Below, in pieces: positions 30,203-40,192 of a stretch of DNA of 64,000 nucleotides; within the stretch, counting starts at the first letter, position 1; each line of letters opens with the position of its first letter. This stretch comes from Planctomycetota bacterium (GTDB lineage Bacteria > Planctomycetota > GCA-002687715 > CAIWVZ01): NCBI GenBank assembly GCA_044222185.1, contig JBGANV010000012.1:1-64000 (forward strand). The letters are read 5' to 3'. The notes below the pieces were generated by a model that was not told where the DNA came from, did no database searches, and was given only the letters and a program-made list of their open reading frames with translations. The position numbers and the translations under genes are program-made.

Positions 30203-31249
30203 TCACGGGATCGTGTACGTCACGGCCGGTGTCGCGCCGATCGGCACGGTCGAGCCCGCCGGTGCCGCCACGACGACGGAGTAGAGCGTTAGGCCGGGGG
30301 GGAGTCCACCGAATGGGCCGAGCTGGAATCCGCCGCAGCCGTCGAGCGGGCCGACGAACGGGAAACCGGCGTTGATCTCCGCCGCGAGGTCGTTGATGCC
30401 GATGCTGAGGCCGTAGAACCAGCCGTTGGGGAACGAACCCGCGTTGAAGGTGATCGCGAGGAAGTAGAGCCCGCCGGAAGGCCCGCCGGCGATGTTCGCC
30501 TGGAGCGATCCGCTACCGAGCGGCGACGTCCACGTATGCGTGAACGCCGTGCCGCCGATGCTGAGGGTCGTGCCGTCCGAGACGGAGGGAGTGTTGTAGC
30601 TCCATCCGGCGCTGACGAGACCGTTGCCCGGCGCGCCATTGATGTACCCGATGGTCGCACTCGCTCCACCGGTGACGCCCGTGCCGCTCACTTCGAACGT
30701 GGCATCGGGGTAGAGAATCTGGATCGCCGGGCTGCCGCATCCCGGATTGGAGAAGACCTGGATCTCGAACGTGATCAGACCGTACGTCGGGCTCGGGTAA
30801 AAGTGGTCGATGTCCTTCCACATGATGTAGAGGACGCCACTCAGCTCTTGCCACCAGATCGTCGTGTTCGGGTTGGCGATCGGGGTGTAGAGATCGTCCC
30901 AGAATGCGCAGACCGCCGCAGTGCACGCCGGAAGTCCGACTGACGCCGGGGTCGTGGCCGAGGTGATCGGGCCGCCGTTGCCGAACGTGACGTAGGCCCC
31001 CGCGCTCGCACCCGAAAGCGCGACGCCGTTGCTCGAGACCGCGATCGCGCCCGCCGGGAACAGACTGTTACCGATGGTGCTCGTGAACGTGTGCATCGTG
31101 TCGTCACCGGCGCCGATGAACGCGGTCCCGCCCGTCAGCGAGATGTCGACGAACGAGCCAGGCAATGCACTGTTGAACGACTGCGCGCTCGCCGCGGAGG
31201 CGAGGACGGTGAGGAAGAACGCCACGAGATGCATGGATGTTCGGGTCAC
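30203..31249 (-). CDS. Secreted nidogen/NIDO-like protein with the shared C-terminal domain
   Basis: Signal peptide ...AASA|Q, then GDD...VSSNG...AFWDDL...TFEIQVF...SATIG. Confidence 0.78.
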   Translation of the reverse strand: MTRTSMHLVAFFLTVLASAASAQSFNSALPGSFVDISLTGGTAFIGAGDDTMHTFTSTIGNSLFPAGAIAVSSNGVALSGASAGAYVTFGNGGPITSATTPASVGLPACTAAVCAFWDDLYTPIANPNTTIWWQELSGVLYIMWKDIDHFYPSPTYGLITFEIQVFSNPGCGSPAIQILYPDATFEVSGTGVTGGASATIGYINGAPGNGLVSAGWSYNTPSVSDGTTLSIGGTAFTHTWTSPLGSGSLQANIAGGPSGGLYFLAITFNAGSFPNGWFYGLSIGINDLAAEINAGFPFVGPLDGCGGFQLGPFGGLPPGLTLYSVVVAAPAGSTVPIGATPAVTYTIP

Positions 31250-31553
31250 GAATAAACTCCTTGACTACGGCGTTGACGAGCCAGCCTCCTCGAACGACCG
31301 GCAACGCGGCTGGCGCGGCGAGCATAGGCCCGTTCCTGACCGCGTGCAACGCCGATGAGCGAGTGATCACGGCCGGCCGTTCTCGCGGACGCAGCTCGTC
31401 CCATCCTCCGAAATACCGTGGTGCGCCGTTCGTCGAAGTTCTCGCGGACATCGGCGCCGGTTGGGACCCCTGGGGAGCAGCATCTACGATGCGCCGCAAG
31501 CGTCGGCTACGCGTGAGAAGTCTCGCGCCGTGGCAGCAATCTCGAGTCGAAAC

Positions 31554-32822
31554 ATGCTGAAGTGCGTCTCCTGTCTGGTGGTCGTCACCGTTCTTGCGGG
31601 TCCGGCGGTCGAAACTCCGGAAGCCGGTCCATTTGAACGAACGCCTGAGCGCCCGCTGAATCGGGTGGAGACGTGGCGGCCCGAGGTCGATGCGCAGGAC
31701 GCGGGCCGCGCCGACCCCGCCGAGGTCGCTGCACTCGTGAAGGCCGCGACGACGAAGTTCAAGAAGCCCGAGGTCTTGGACCTCATCGGCCAACTCCAGG
31801 CTGCTGTGCGGGAGCAGGTGCCGGAGTATGTGGGTGACGTCGGCTGGATCGCGACGACGCGCACGCTCGCCGCGCGCCTCGCGACGCCGGTGGAGTCGAT
31901 CCCGAACGAATTCGGCCCGACGCGCACCGCGAGCCCCAAGAACGGCAAGCCGCCGCCCGCGTCCGCAGGCGAGCTGTTCCGCCCCCGCACGGTGCTGTAT
32001 CGGTTCGGCAACCGCGACTTTCAGTTCCTCCCGGACGAGTATCGCAAGGCAAAGGTCCTCGCGGTGAAGGACATTCCACCGGCGGATCAACTGACCTGGC
32101 TTCTATCGGGGCACACGCCGGAGATGGAACTCGCCGCCGCCGCGATCTCGCGCGAGCTCGACGTGGATCGCAGCCGTGACAAGCTCTCGCGGTTCCTCGA
32201 GTATTGGCGCAACGGCCCCGAGTCGTTCTATCAAGCGCTCGACCGGACGGCCGGCAGCGACGAACGGGTCTTCTACTACGACGCCATGCTCGGTGAGTTC
32301 GTGGCGCGCGTCGCACCCGAACTCGGCAAGGCGAGCTCGTTGAAGGAGAAGCACGATCGGTTGCACACGGCGTTCCTGACGCTGCGCGACTATCGCGCCT
32401 TCATCGAGGCCATGTCGATCGCGCTCGTGTCGACGGAGCCGCTGCCCGTGCGGCTGTCAGACTACGAGTACTCGGTAGACCCCTCGTCGGCGCGCGTTCG
32501 GGACGTCGTCGAGCTGATCGTCGCGTCGAACCGAGGGGATCTCGTCGAATCGATCCGTGAACTGCGGGAGTTTCTCTCGGCGCATCCCATGCCGGAGCAA
32601 TTGTGGGGCAAGTTCGCTCCCTCGACGTTTCTCGTCGGTTGGTGCCAGGAGAACGCGGCCAAGCTCAAGGCCCGCCTGCGCACCGCCGAGCCGCGGATCC
32701 CCGACCTGCCCATCCACGAGGTGACACTTCGCTGCCGAAAGCTCCGTCAGGAGACGCAGGCGAAGATCCGATCCGTGGCACGGGAGTTCCTCAAGGAGCG
32801 GGGAGTGGCGCTGAAGAAATGA
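31554..32822 (+). CDS. Hypothetical exported alpha-helical protein
   Basis: Long ORF with typical codon usage and a hydrophobic N-terminus; its stop overlaps the next ATG (ATGA). Confidence 0.72.
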   Translation: MLKCVSCLVVVTVLAGPAVETPEAGPFERTPERPLNRVETWRPEVDAQDAGRADPAEVAALVKAATTKFKKPEVLDLIGQLQAAVREQVPEYVGDVGWIATTRTLAARLATPVESIPNEFGPTRTASPKNGKPPPASAGELFRPRTVLYRFGNRDFQFLPDEYRKAKVLAVKDIPPADQLTWLLSGHTPEMELAAAAISRELDVDRSRDKLSRFLEYWRNGPESFYQALDRTAGSDERVFYYDAMLGEFVARVAPELGKASSLKEKHDRLHTAFLTLRDYRAFIEAMSIALVSTEPLPVRLSDYEYSVDPSSARVRDVVELIVASNRGDLVESIRELREFLSAHPMPEQLWGKFAPSTFLVGWCQENAAKLKARLRTAEPRIPDLPIHEVTLRCRKLRQETQAKIRSVAREFLKERGVALKK

Positions 32823-34333
32823 CGCGGTCGATGCGCACCGCCCTTCTTGCGTGGGTCGCGCCATGCCGTCGCGGGCGGCGAGTATCGCCACTCAGGATCG
32901 GGTGCGTGGTGCTCCTCGCGATGCAGGCTATGGGCCAGTCGAACGATCGAGCCCCCGAAAGTCGTGCCGACTCCGCGATCACATTCGCCGCGCTGAGCCT
33001 GTCCGCGCGGGGACACCCATCGCGGCCGTCCCTGGCGTGCTCGCTCGATGCGCAGGGACGTGCCACGTTCCGTGAATCGGGCGACTGGGCCTGGAGCGTG
33101 GAGTGGTTTCCTGACTCCGCATCGGTGCGAGTGCTGCGCGATCGGCTGACCGACAGCCTGCGCGCGACACGCGTCCTCGACGCAGGCCCCTCCGCCGCGT
33201 CTCGGGAGGCGGATGCCGGGGACCGCCTCGAAGTTCGGGATTTGGCGGGAACGATCACGCGGCTTGAATCGCTCGCTCGAGGCCGCGAAGACGTCGATCT
33301 TGCCGAGTCGATCCTCGTACCACGCGACTGGGTGAACGCCGGAACTCCGATCGCCTGGCTCGCGCGACACCAGCGGCCGGACGGGCGCTGGCCTACCAGT
33401 CCCGAGGAACTCGGCTGTGACTCTCGCATGACCACGGGTTGCCGTGCCTCGTTCGGCGCACGCGTCGCACCGGGAGACGGAGCCCTGGCGGTCGACGCGA
33501 TGGTCGCGGGGACTCGCGGGGTCGACGGCGTCCGGTATTCGCCAGCCGTCCTGCGAGGACTGCAGACGCTTGCAGCGGGCGTCGGCCGCCCGACGACCGC
33601 GACGCGGCCCGATCGCGATGATGCTCTCGACGCCGTGCTGACGGCGCTCGCTCTCCGGCGCGGCGTCACCGTTCCGGGCGCGGGGCAGAGTGCGATCGAG
33701 AGGCGTGCTCGTGACGCGCTGGCGATCGTGCTGGATCCTGCCTGGCGCAGATCGCACGTCGATGCGTCGACCGATGACGCAAACGTCCGTCTCCAGCTGC
33801 AGGGCTTCCTGATCGTCGCATGCCTCGTCGAGCCGAGACTCGAATGGACGGATGACGCGCCGGCACTGCGTGCCCTCCGCGAAGACGTGCTCTCGAGCCT
33901 CGCACCTTCCGGAGCGTCGAGCCGGGGCACGCCCTCCGACCCATCCTCGCGCGCGCTGCGTGCCGCCGTCGAATTGCTGGCGATCGATCCGACGACGTCG
34001 GGGCCTCCCGACCTGCGGGTCCACGCGCTGCGGCGGGAACTCGTCGACGGCCTGCCGGCTCTCCTCGCCGACGAAGGTCGTCCTGACCTGGAGGCGCTGC
34101 TCCTCGCGACGCTCGCCATCAATCCCGGCGGCGGGCCTCATCCCGTCGACGCCGAGTCGCAGACCGTTCAGTGGAACAGGGCTGTGACGGGGTTCGTCCG
34201 CGACTCCCGCACGCGCGTGGGTTGTCCGAGCGGGTCGTTCGATCGAACGCGCATCCGCCTGGGCGGCGGCACGCTCGTGCGCACCACGGCCCTGGGGATT
34301 CTCATCGAGGCGGCGGCGCGGCGTGGGATGTGA
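32819..34333 (+). CDS. Hypothetical protein with a degenerate prenyltransferase/squalene cyclase-like alpha-barrel
   Basis: WLARHQRPDGRW (QW-like motif) and C-terminal GSFD....GGGTLVRTTALGILIE; translationally coupled to the upstream gene. Confidence 0.62.
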   Translation: MTRSMRTALLAWVAPCRRGRRVSPLRIGCVVLLAMQAMGQSNDRAPESRADSAITFAALSLSARGHPSRPSLACSLDAQGRATFRESGDWAWSVEWFPDSASVRVLRDRLTDSLRATRVLDAGPSAASREADAGDRLEVRDLAGTITRLESLARGREDVDLAESILVPRDWVNAGTPIAWLARHQRPDGRWPTSPEELGCDSRMTTGCRASFGARVAPGDGALAVDAMVAGTRGVDGVRYSPAVLRGLQTLAAGVGRPTTATRPDRDDALDAVLTALALRRGVTVPGAGQSAIERRARDALAIVLDPAWRRSHVDASTDDANVRLQLQGFLIVACLVEPRLEWTDDAPALRALREDVLSSLAPSGASSRGTPSDPSSRALRAAVELLAIDPTTSGPPDLRVHALRRELVDGLPALLADEGRPDLEALLLATLAINPGGGPHPVDAESQTVQWNRAVTGFVRDSRTRVGCPSGSFDRTRIRLGGGTLVRTTALGILIEAAARRGM

Positions 34334-34361
34334 CTCTCGGGATGACGTACGACGTGACCGC

Positions 34362-35189
34362 ATGACCGCATCCCAACCCATCCCCACGCCCGAGGAAGTC
34401 TGGCGAGACTACGACGAAGCGGAACGACGACTCACGGCGCCGCTGAGTGATCGCATGATCGCGCTGGCCGGATTGCGACCGGGCATGCGTGTCCTCGACG
34501 TCGCGACGGGACGCGGCGAGCCGGCGATTCGCGCCGCGCGGGCGGTCGCGCCGTCGGGGGGAGTCGTGGGCATAGACATCGCCGCGAGCATGCTCGACAT
34601 GGCTCGCGACCGCGCCAACCGTGAGGGGATCACGAACCTCGACCTGCGCGTCGCCGATGCTGAAACGCTCGAGGGCGTCCCGGACGCGGCCTTCGACGTG
34701 TCGCTGGCGCGCTGGGGGCTCATGTACTTCGCATCGCCGGTTCGGGCGCTCGCGGCGATCCGCCGCAAGCTCACGGCCCAGGGCGTGCTCGTGATGGCCG
34801 TCTGGGCCGAGCCAGAATGCGTCGACTACTTCACGCTTCCGCGACGGATCCTCGCCAGACACGCGCCCGTGCCCGTGATCGACTTCTCCGTGCCGGGGAC
34901 GTTTCACTACGCGAACGAGGGGCGCCTTCGGCGGGACCTGGAGATCGCGGGCTTTCGGTGTGACTCCGTGGAGGAGCGGTACACGGAGGTGATGGAGACA
35001 CGAACCGGCGCCGGCCTCGTCGCCTGGACGCGGGCGTTCGGTCTCACCAAACTGCTGAACGCCCTCGCGACGGACGTACAGGCCGCCTGGGAGCAGGACC
35101 TCATCGCAGAGGGGGAGCGGCGGCGGCGCGACGGGTTCATCCGGCTCGGCGGTGTGTCCCGGATCGCGGTGGCCCGTCCAGCCCCCTGA
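34362..35189 (+). CDS. Class I SAM-dependent methyltransferase (UbiE-like)
   Basis: GMRVLDVATGRGEP, GIDIA..ML, ADAETL, FD....RWGLMY. Confidence 0.92.
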   Translation: MTASQPIPTPEEVWRDYDEAERRLTAPLSDRMIALAGLRPGMRVLDVATGRGEPAIRAARAVAPSGGVVGIDIAASMLDMARDRANREGITNLDLRVADAETLEGVPDAAFDVSLARWGLMYFASPVRALAAIRRKLTAQGVLVMAVWAEPECVDYFTLPRRILARHAPVPVIDFSVPGTFHYANEGRLRRDLEIAGFRCDSVEERYTEVMETRTGAGLVAWTRAFGLTKLLNALATDVQAAWEQDLIAEGERRRRDGFIRLGGVSRIAVARPAP

Positions 35190-35399
35190 TGTCGCCATGA
35201 CACCTGCGGGTCCTGCAAATGTGCACCGTTGTTGCGGAATTCTCCCGATTCCGTCCAGGCGGAACCCGCACGCACCCAGCGGCGAATGCGGATCGTGGAA
35301 GTTCGCCTGACGCAATGCTTGCGCGGCCACCCACCGAGGGTGTAGGTTCGCCGCCCTCACCCAATGACTGGCACCTCTCACCTCCTCGAGGGTTTTTGA

Positions 35400-36728
35400 A
35401 TGAGTTCAGCACGCACCCACCTGACGATTTCGGCGGCTCTGGTCTCTCTGACGTTCCTCGCGACGGTCGGGACTGCACAGCAGACGGTCGTCATTCCGAA
35501 CGGCATGGCTGCTGCCGAGGGGAACTCGAGCAACGCGTTCCCGTGGGGGCGCGGTGGCGCGGGTCTGCGCATCCAGACGGTCTACGACAGCACGAACTTC
35601 ACTGCACAGAACGTCACGTTCCCGGTGATCATCTCCCGGCTGCGCTACCGCCCGAATGCCGCCACCGCGACGACGTGGGTGAACACCTCGTACCAGACAT
35701 CCACGGTGCGCCTGTCGACGTCGCCCAACGATCAAGCGGCGCTGAGCACCGCGTCGTTCGCCGCGAACACCGGCGCGGACGTGCAGGTCGTGTTCTCGGG
35801 ACCCATGACGTGGGCCGCCGGTTCGTCGGTTGCGCCCGGTCCGGCGCCCTTCCTCATCGACGTCCCGTTCTCGACCCCGTTCTTCTATGACCCGAACCTC
35901 GGTGACCTCAACATCGACACCGACCTCCCGATCCAGACGTTCAGTGGGACGAATCTCCAACTCGACGTGCAAACGACGGGGTCCCTCAGCGCACGCGCAT
36001 ACGTCAGCACGGGATACCCGAATCCGCCGTTGACGATCAACGCCAATCACGGCGTCGTGGTCGAGGTCACCTACGTTCCAGCGGCGGGCATTCACGCTGC
36101 GTTCAGCGCGACTCCGACGTCTGGCCCGGCTGCGCTCAACGTGCAGTTCACGGACACGACCTACACCGACGCGCTCGGCGGCGTCACCGGATGGGCCTGG
36201 GACCTCGATGGCGACAACGTCATCGACTCGACCGCCCAGAACCCGAGCTTCACCTACCTCGTGCCGGGTCTGTACTCGGTCACGCTCACGGCGTCGGATC
36301 CGATCAACGGCTCCAGCACGCTCACGCGGACGAACTTCATCAACGTGGCCCAGTACGTGTTCGATGCGCAGACGTCCGGAGGCGGCGTCGGCGACCTCGT
36401 CATCCACGGCGTTCCGAAGGTCGGTGTCCCCACCGCTGCGACGGGATTCATGTTCCTCTCGTTCACGCCGGCTGCGACCGTCGGCGGCGGCCCGTTCCTC
36501 GGCATCCTTCCTGACGGGACGACTTTCGGGATCCTCGCGACGCCAGCGGCCGTCGGCGACATCCTGCACTGGGTGAACACGCCCGGGCTGTTCCCGAATG
36601 TGCCGTTTGCCGTCCCCGCCGGCACGTTGGCGTTCCTCGCGGGCCAGACCGTCGACTTCGTTCAGGCCGACCTGACGCCGGGGATGCTGCTCGCGAACGT
36701 GTCGAACGTCGACCGCGTGACGTTCTGA
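35400..36728 (+). CDS. Secreted PKD-domain protein with the shared C-terminal domain
   Basis: Signal peptide ...VGTA|Q and PKD motif FSATPTSGPAALNVQFTD...WAWDLDGD...QNPSFTY..PGLYSVTLT. Confidence 0.87.
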   Translation: MSSARTHLTISAALVSLTFLATVGTAQQTVVIPNGMAAAEGNSSNAFPWGRGGAGLRIQTVYDSTNFTAQNVTFPVIISRLRYRPNAATATTWVNTSYQTSTVRLSTSPNDQAALSTASFAANTGADVQVVFSGPMTWAAGSSVAPGPAPFLIDVPFSTPFFYDPNLGDLNIDTDLPIQTFSGTNLQLDVQTTGSLSARAYVSTGYPNPPLTINANHGVVVEVTYVPAAGIHAAFSATPTSGPAALNVQFTDTTYTDALGGVTGWAWDLDGDNVIDSTAQNPSFTYLVPGLYSVTLTASDPINGSSTLTRTNFINVAQYVFDAQTSGGGVGDLVIHGVPKVGVPTAATGFMFLSFTPAATVGGGPFLGILPDGTTFGILATPAAVGDILHWVNTPGLFPNVPFAVPAGTLAFLAGQTVDFVQADLTPGMLLANVSNVDRVTF

Positions 36729-36737
36729 TCGCCGGCC

Positions 36738-37030
36738 GCGCGGAGCGCCAGGCTTCGCCTGGCCGGACCGCGAGGCCTCCCGGCCTCGCGTGAACGTGGC
36801 CGAGCATTCCGCACCGGACAGCCCCAGCGCGCAGCCGCGGCGGTGCGTGACGGCCATCGAGGCAGGGCCGGAGCCCTGCCATCCGGCCGGGTTGGGGAGC
36901 GCCAGGCTTCGCCTGGCCGGACCGCGAGGCCTCCCGGCCTCGCGCGAACGTGGCCGAGCATTCCACCCCGGACAACCCCAGCGCACAGCCGCGGCGATGC
37001 GTGACGGCCATCGAGGCAGGGCCGGAGCCC
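36738..37030. repeat. Two tandem 154-bp REP-like units
   Basis: GGAGCGCCAGGCTTCGCCTGGCCGGACCGCGAGGCCTCCCGGCCTCGCG at 36742 and 36896, each followed by a GGCAGGGCCGGAGCCC hairpin (complete in unit 1, truncated in unit 2). Confidence 0.9.
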
Positions 37031-37129
37031 GGCGCTGCGGGCACGGATCCAGCGGCGGCGGCATTTACACTCGCCGCGACGCGCGCCACAGGGCCCTCCC
37101 GGCGGTTCGCCCACGAACGGATTCCCACC

Positions 37130-40057
37130 ATGGTCAAAACTCTCTCGGCAGCTTGGCCGCTCCTGCGGGTGCTCGTCCTCGTCGCACTCGGGTGCGTCGA
37201 CCTCTACGGTCAATGCGGGCAGAACTGGACGACACGCGTCGGGTCGATCGGGCTCCTGAACCGTCCCGCGTACGTGGCGGCGACGTGGTCGAACGGCGGC
37301 ACGCCGGACCTCTACATCGCCGGCGAGTTCTCGGCGGCCGGCACGGTCGGCTCTCGCGGGCTGGTTCGGTTCAACGGTACGTCGTTCTCGCCGGTGGGGC
37401 CGAGCGGCGTTTCGGGCGTCGCAGCGCTCGTCAGCCACGATGACGGCTCCGGTTCCTCCCTGTTCATCGGCGGCACGTTCGCGACCGCCGGCGGAGTCGC
37501 CGCAGAGAACGTGGCTCGGTGGAACGGGACGAGCTTTGCACCGCTGGGCACCGGCATGGTCGGCGCGGGAGTGCAGAGCCTCGCCGTCTTCGACGACGGC
37601 ACGGGCCCTGCGCTGTACGCCGGCGGCTCGTTCTTCCTGGCTGGTGGCGTGGCGTGCAACTCCCTTGCGCGTTGGAACGGCAGCAGCTGGTCCTCCGTGG
37701 GAGGCGGAGTGACGCTGCAGGGTGTCACCGGAAGCGTCTCCGCGATGGCCGCGTTCGATGATGGCTCCGGCCCTGCGCTCTACGTCGCGGGGGCATTCGA
37801 CCAGGCGGGCGGGACGACCGTCGCGAACATCGCGCGGTGGAACGGATCGGCGTGGAGCCCCGCAGGAGCTGGGGTCAACGGACAGATCCTGACCATGACC
37901 CCGCACGACGACGGGAGTGGGGCCGCGCTTTACGTCGGGGGCCTCTTCAGCACTGCGGGCGCGGTTGCAGTATCGAGCCTCGCGCAGTGGCGGTCGACCG
38001 GATGGAGTGCCGTCGGCACCCAGGTGACGTCCGGGACCGTGATCGTCAGAAGTCTGCTTTCGTTCAACGACGGGACCACGACGAAGCTCTACGCCGGCGG
38101 GGATCTCTACCCCCTCGCTGGGCGGAACCTTGCCGTGTGGAACGGGACGGCTTGGTCCGCACCCCCGGGCGCCAGCACTCTGGACCACTTCCCGTCCGCG
38201 CTCGCGGCTTTCAACGACGGCCGCGGACCGGCGTTCTATTCCGTCGGTGGGACGCCGAGCCTTTCGGGCCTTCCGTGGCCCTGTCGGCTGTTTCGATTCC
38301 ACGCAGGCGCGTTGCTGCCCGTGATTGGCGGCATCGACGGTGTGGTGAACGCCCTGTGCGTCGCCAACTTCGGGGCGGGACCACGTCTTTACGCTGGCGG
38401 TACATTCAACCTTGCTGGCGACTCGGCGTGTCACGGGATCGCGATCTGGAATGGGAGCGCATGGGGCGCGCTCGGTGGTGGCGTCGGTCCGTTCAGCCAG
38501 ACGAACGTGGCCGGGGTGAATTGCCTCCTGGCGTTCGATGATGGCTCGGGCATCGCGCTGTATGCGGGCGGTTCGTTCACGTCCATGGGTGGAGCCCCGG
38601 CCGCGAACGTCGCGCGCTGGAACGGGACCGCCTGGTCGCCCGTCGGCACCGGATTCGACGGTCCCGTATTTGCGCTCGCCGTCTACGACTCGGGGACGGG
38701 GCCACGGCTGTACGCAGCGGGTCAGTTCACCGCGGCGGGGGCCGCCCCGGCTGCCCGGCTCGCCAGCTGGAACGGAGTGAGCTGGCAGGCCGTGGGCTCC
38801 GGCCTGTCGGGCGGACTCCTCGTTCCGACCGTGTACGCAATGCAGGTCTTCGACGACGGTGGGGGACCACGTCTCTACGTCGGAGGGTCGTTCACTTCCG
38901 CAGGCGGGATTCCAGCGCAGAACATCGCGCGATGGGATGGATCGACTTTCAGTCCGGTCGGCGCGGGGGTCAACGGGTTCACGTTGTCGCCGTGCGTGAG
39001 GGCCATGACGGTCTTCGACGACGGTGGGGGACCGGCGCTTTTCGTTGGCGGAGCGATCGAGCAGGCTGGCGGGAGCCCGGCGAGTCGGATCGCCCGGTGG
39101 AGGAACGGGGCCTGGCAGTCCGTCGGTGACGGCTGGTTCAACGCCCCGCCCGCGCAGCCGAACGGCGTGATCTACGCGCTCGCCGTCTACGACGACGGCC
39201 GCGGCCCCGCGCTCTACGCCGGTGGGATCGCCTCCACGAGCAACAATCGCCGCTTGAACCACGTGGCGCGCCTCACGGGGAATTCGTGGGAGCCGCTGGC
39301 CGCTGGCGTCCAAACGCCATCCGGGTGCGACGTCCGATCCCTCCTGCCGTTCGACGACGGATCCGGTCCCGGGCTCTTCGTCGGCGGCACGTTTCTCGAT
39401 GCGTCGGGAGCGGAAGCGCATTCGATTGCGCGTTGGACCGCGCCGGGGGCCCCAGCGATCCTTCAAGGGCCAGCGACGACGGCGTGGATCCACAATCAGC
39501 CGGCGAGCCTGCGCGTCGACGCGGCGGGTGCGCCCCCATTGACGTACCAGTGGCGGAAGAACGCGTCGCCGATCCCCGGTGCGACGACCGCGAGTTTCTC
39601 GATTCCGTCGGCCGCACCCGGGGATGCGGCCTCCTACGACGTCATCGTTGCCAATGCGTGCGGATCCGTCGTGTCGAACTCGGTCGCCGTCGACGTCCTG
39701 GCGTGCACGCTCGCACTCACGCAGCCAACGGGTTCCGGATCCCTTCGCGTCGCGAACGCGTTCGGCAAACCGGGCACGCCGTATTTCACGGCGCTGACGA
39801 TCGGGGCGGAGTTCCCCACGATCTCCTGGAGTGCGTTGGCCGTCGGCCCCAACGAGCTCCTCGCGGAGTTCGTCACCCAGGCGCCCCCGTTCGTCGGCGT
39901 CTTCGACAATCTCGGGCAGTCGAACTTCGTCCTCGGTGCCGGCGCCATCCCGCCACAGTTCCTGCTGATTCCGCTCCGCGGCGTGACCGTGACCTACGAT
40001 CCGGCCACGCTGCAGGTCACGGGCCACTCGGCGACGGCCATTCGATTCCTGCAGTGA
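37130..40057 (+). CDS. Secreted double beta-propeller repeat protein with Ig domain and the shared C-terminal domain
   Basis: About 14 repeats of xDDGxGPALYxGGxF...ARWNGxxWxxxG, then Ig-like PPLTYQWRKN...DAASYDVIVANACGSV. Confidence 0.88.
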   Translation: MVKTLSAAWPLLRVLVLVALGCVDLYGQCGQNWTTRVGSIGLLNRPAYVAATWSNGGTPDLYIAGEFSAAGTVGSRGLVRFNGTSFSPVGPSGVSGVAALVSHDDGSGSSLFIGGTFATAGGVAAENVARWNGTSFAPLGTGMVGAGVQSLAVFDDGTGPALYAGGSFFLAGGVACNSLARWNGSSWSSVGGGVTLQGVTGSVSAMAAFDDGSGPALYVAGAFDQAGGTTVANIARWNGSAWSPAGAGVNGQILTMTPHDDGSGAALYVGGLFSTAGAVAVSSLAQWRSTGWSAVGTQVTSGTVIVRSLLSFNDGTTTKLYAGGDLYPLAGRNLAVWNGTAWSAPPGASTLDHFPSALAAFNDGRGPAFYSVGGTPSLSGLPWPCRLFRFHAGALLPVIGGIDGVVNALCVANFGAGPRLYAGGTFNLAGDSACHGIAIWNGSAWGALGGGVGPFSQTNVAGVNCLLAFDDGSGIALYAGGSFTSMGGAPAANVARWNGTAWSPVGTGFDGPVFALAVYDSGTGPRLYAAGQFTAAGAAPAARLASWNGVSWQAVGSGLSGGLLVPTVYAMQVFDDGGGPRLYVGGSFTSAGGIPAQNIARWDGSTFSPVGAGVNGFTLSPCVRAMTVFDDGGGPALFVGGAIEQAGGSPASRIARWRNGAWQSVGDGWFNAPPAQPNGVIYALAVYDDGRGPALYAGGIASTSNNRRLNHVARLTGNSWEPLAAGVQTPSGCDVRSLLPFDDGSGPGLFVGGTFLDASGAEAHSIARWTAPGAPAILQGPATTAWIHNQPASLRVDAAGAPPLTYQWRKNASPIPGATTASFSIPSAAPGDAASYDVIVANACGSVVSNSVAVDVLACTLALTQPTGSGSLRVANAFGKPGTPYFTALTIGAEFPTISWSALAVGPNELLAEFVTQAPPFVGVFDNLGQSNFVLGAGAIPPQFLLIPLRGVTVTYDPATLQVTGHSATAIRFLQ

Positions 40058-40192
40058 CGTCCGCGGTGCGCCGGCGTCGGCGACGTGTCGCTTGCGGCGC
40101 CGCAACGCGGCCACGCCAGATCCGTCCTGCTCACGCGCCGGCGTCGCGGGCGACCGGTCAGTTGACGCGATCGGGCCTCCGCCTTGGCGACG

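Noticed and set aside
36662-40114. 1150-aa minus-strand ORF and similar long Arg/Ala-rich ORFs (e.g. 57240-60161 +, 61141-63474 +, 23683-25680 +, 13182-14903 +)
   Set aside because: These are antisense shadows of real high-GC genes with no recognisable motifs.
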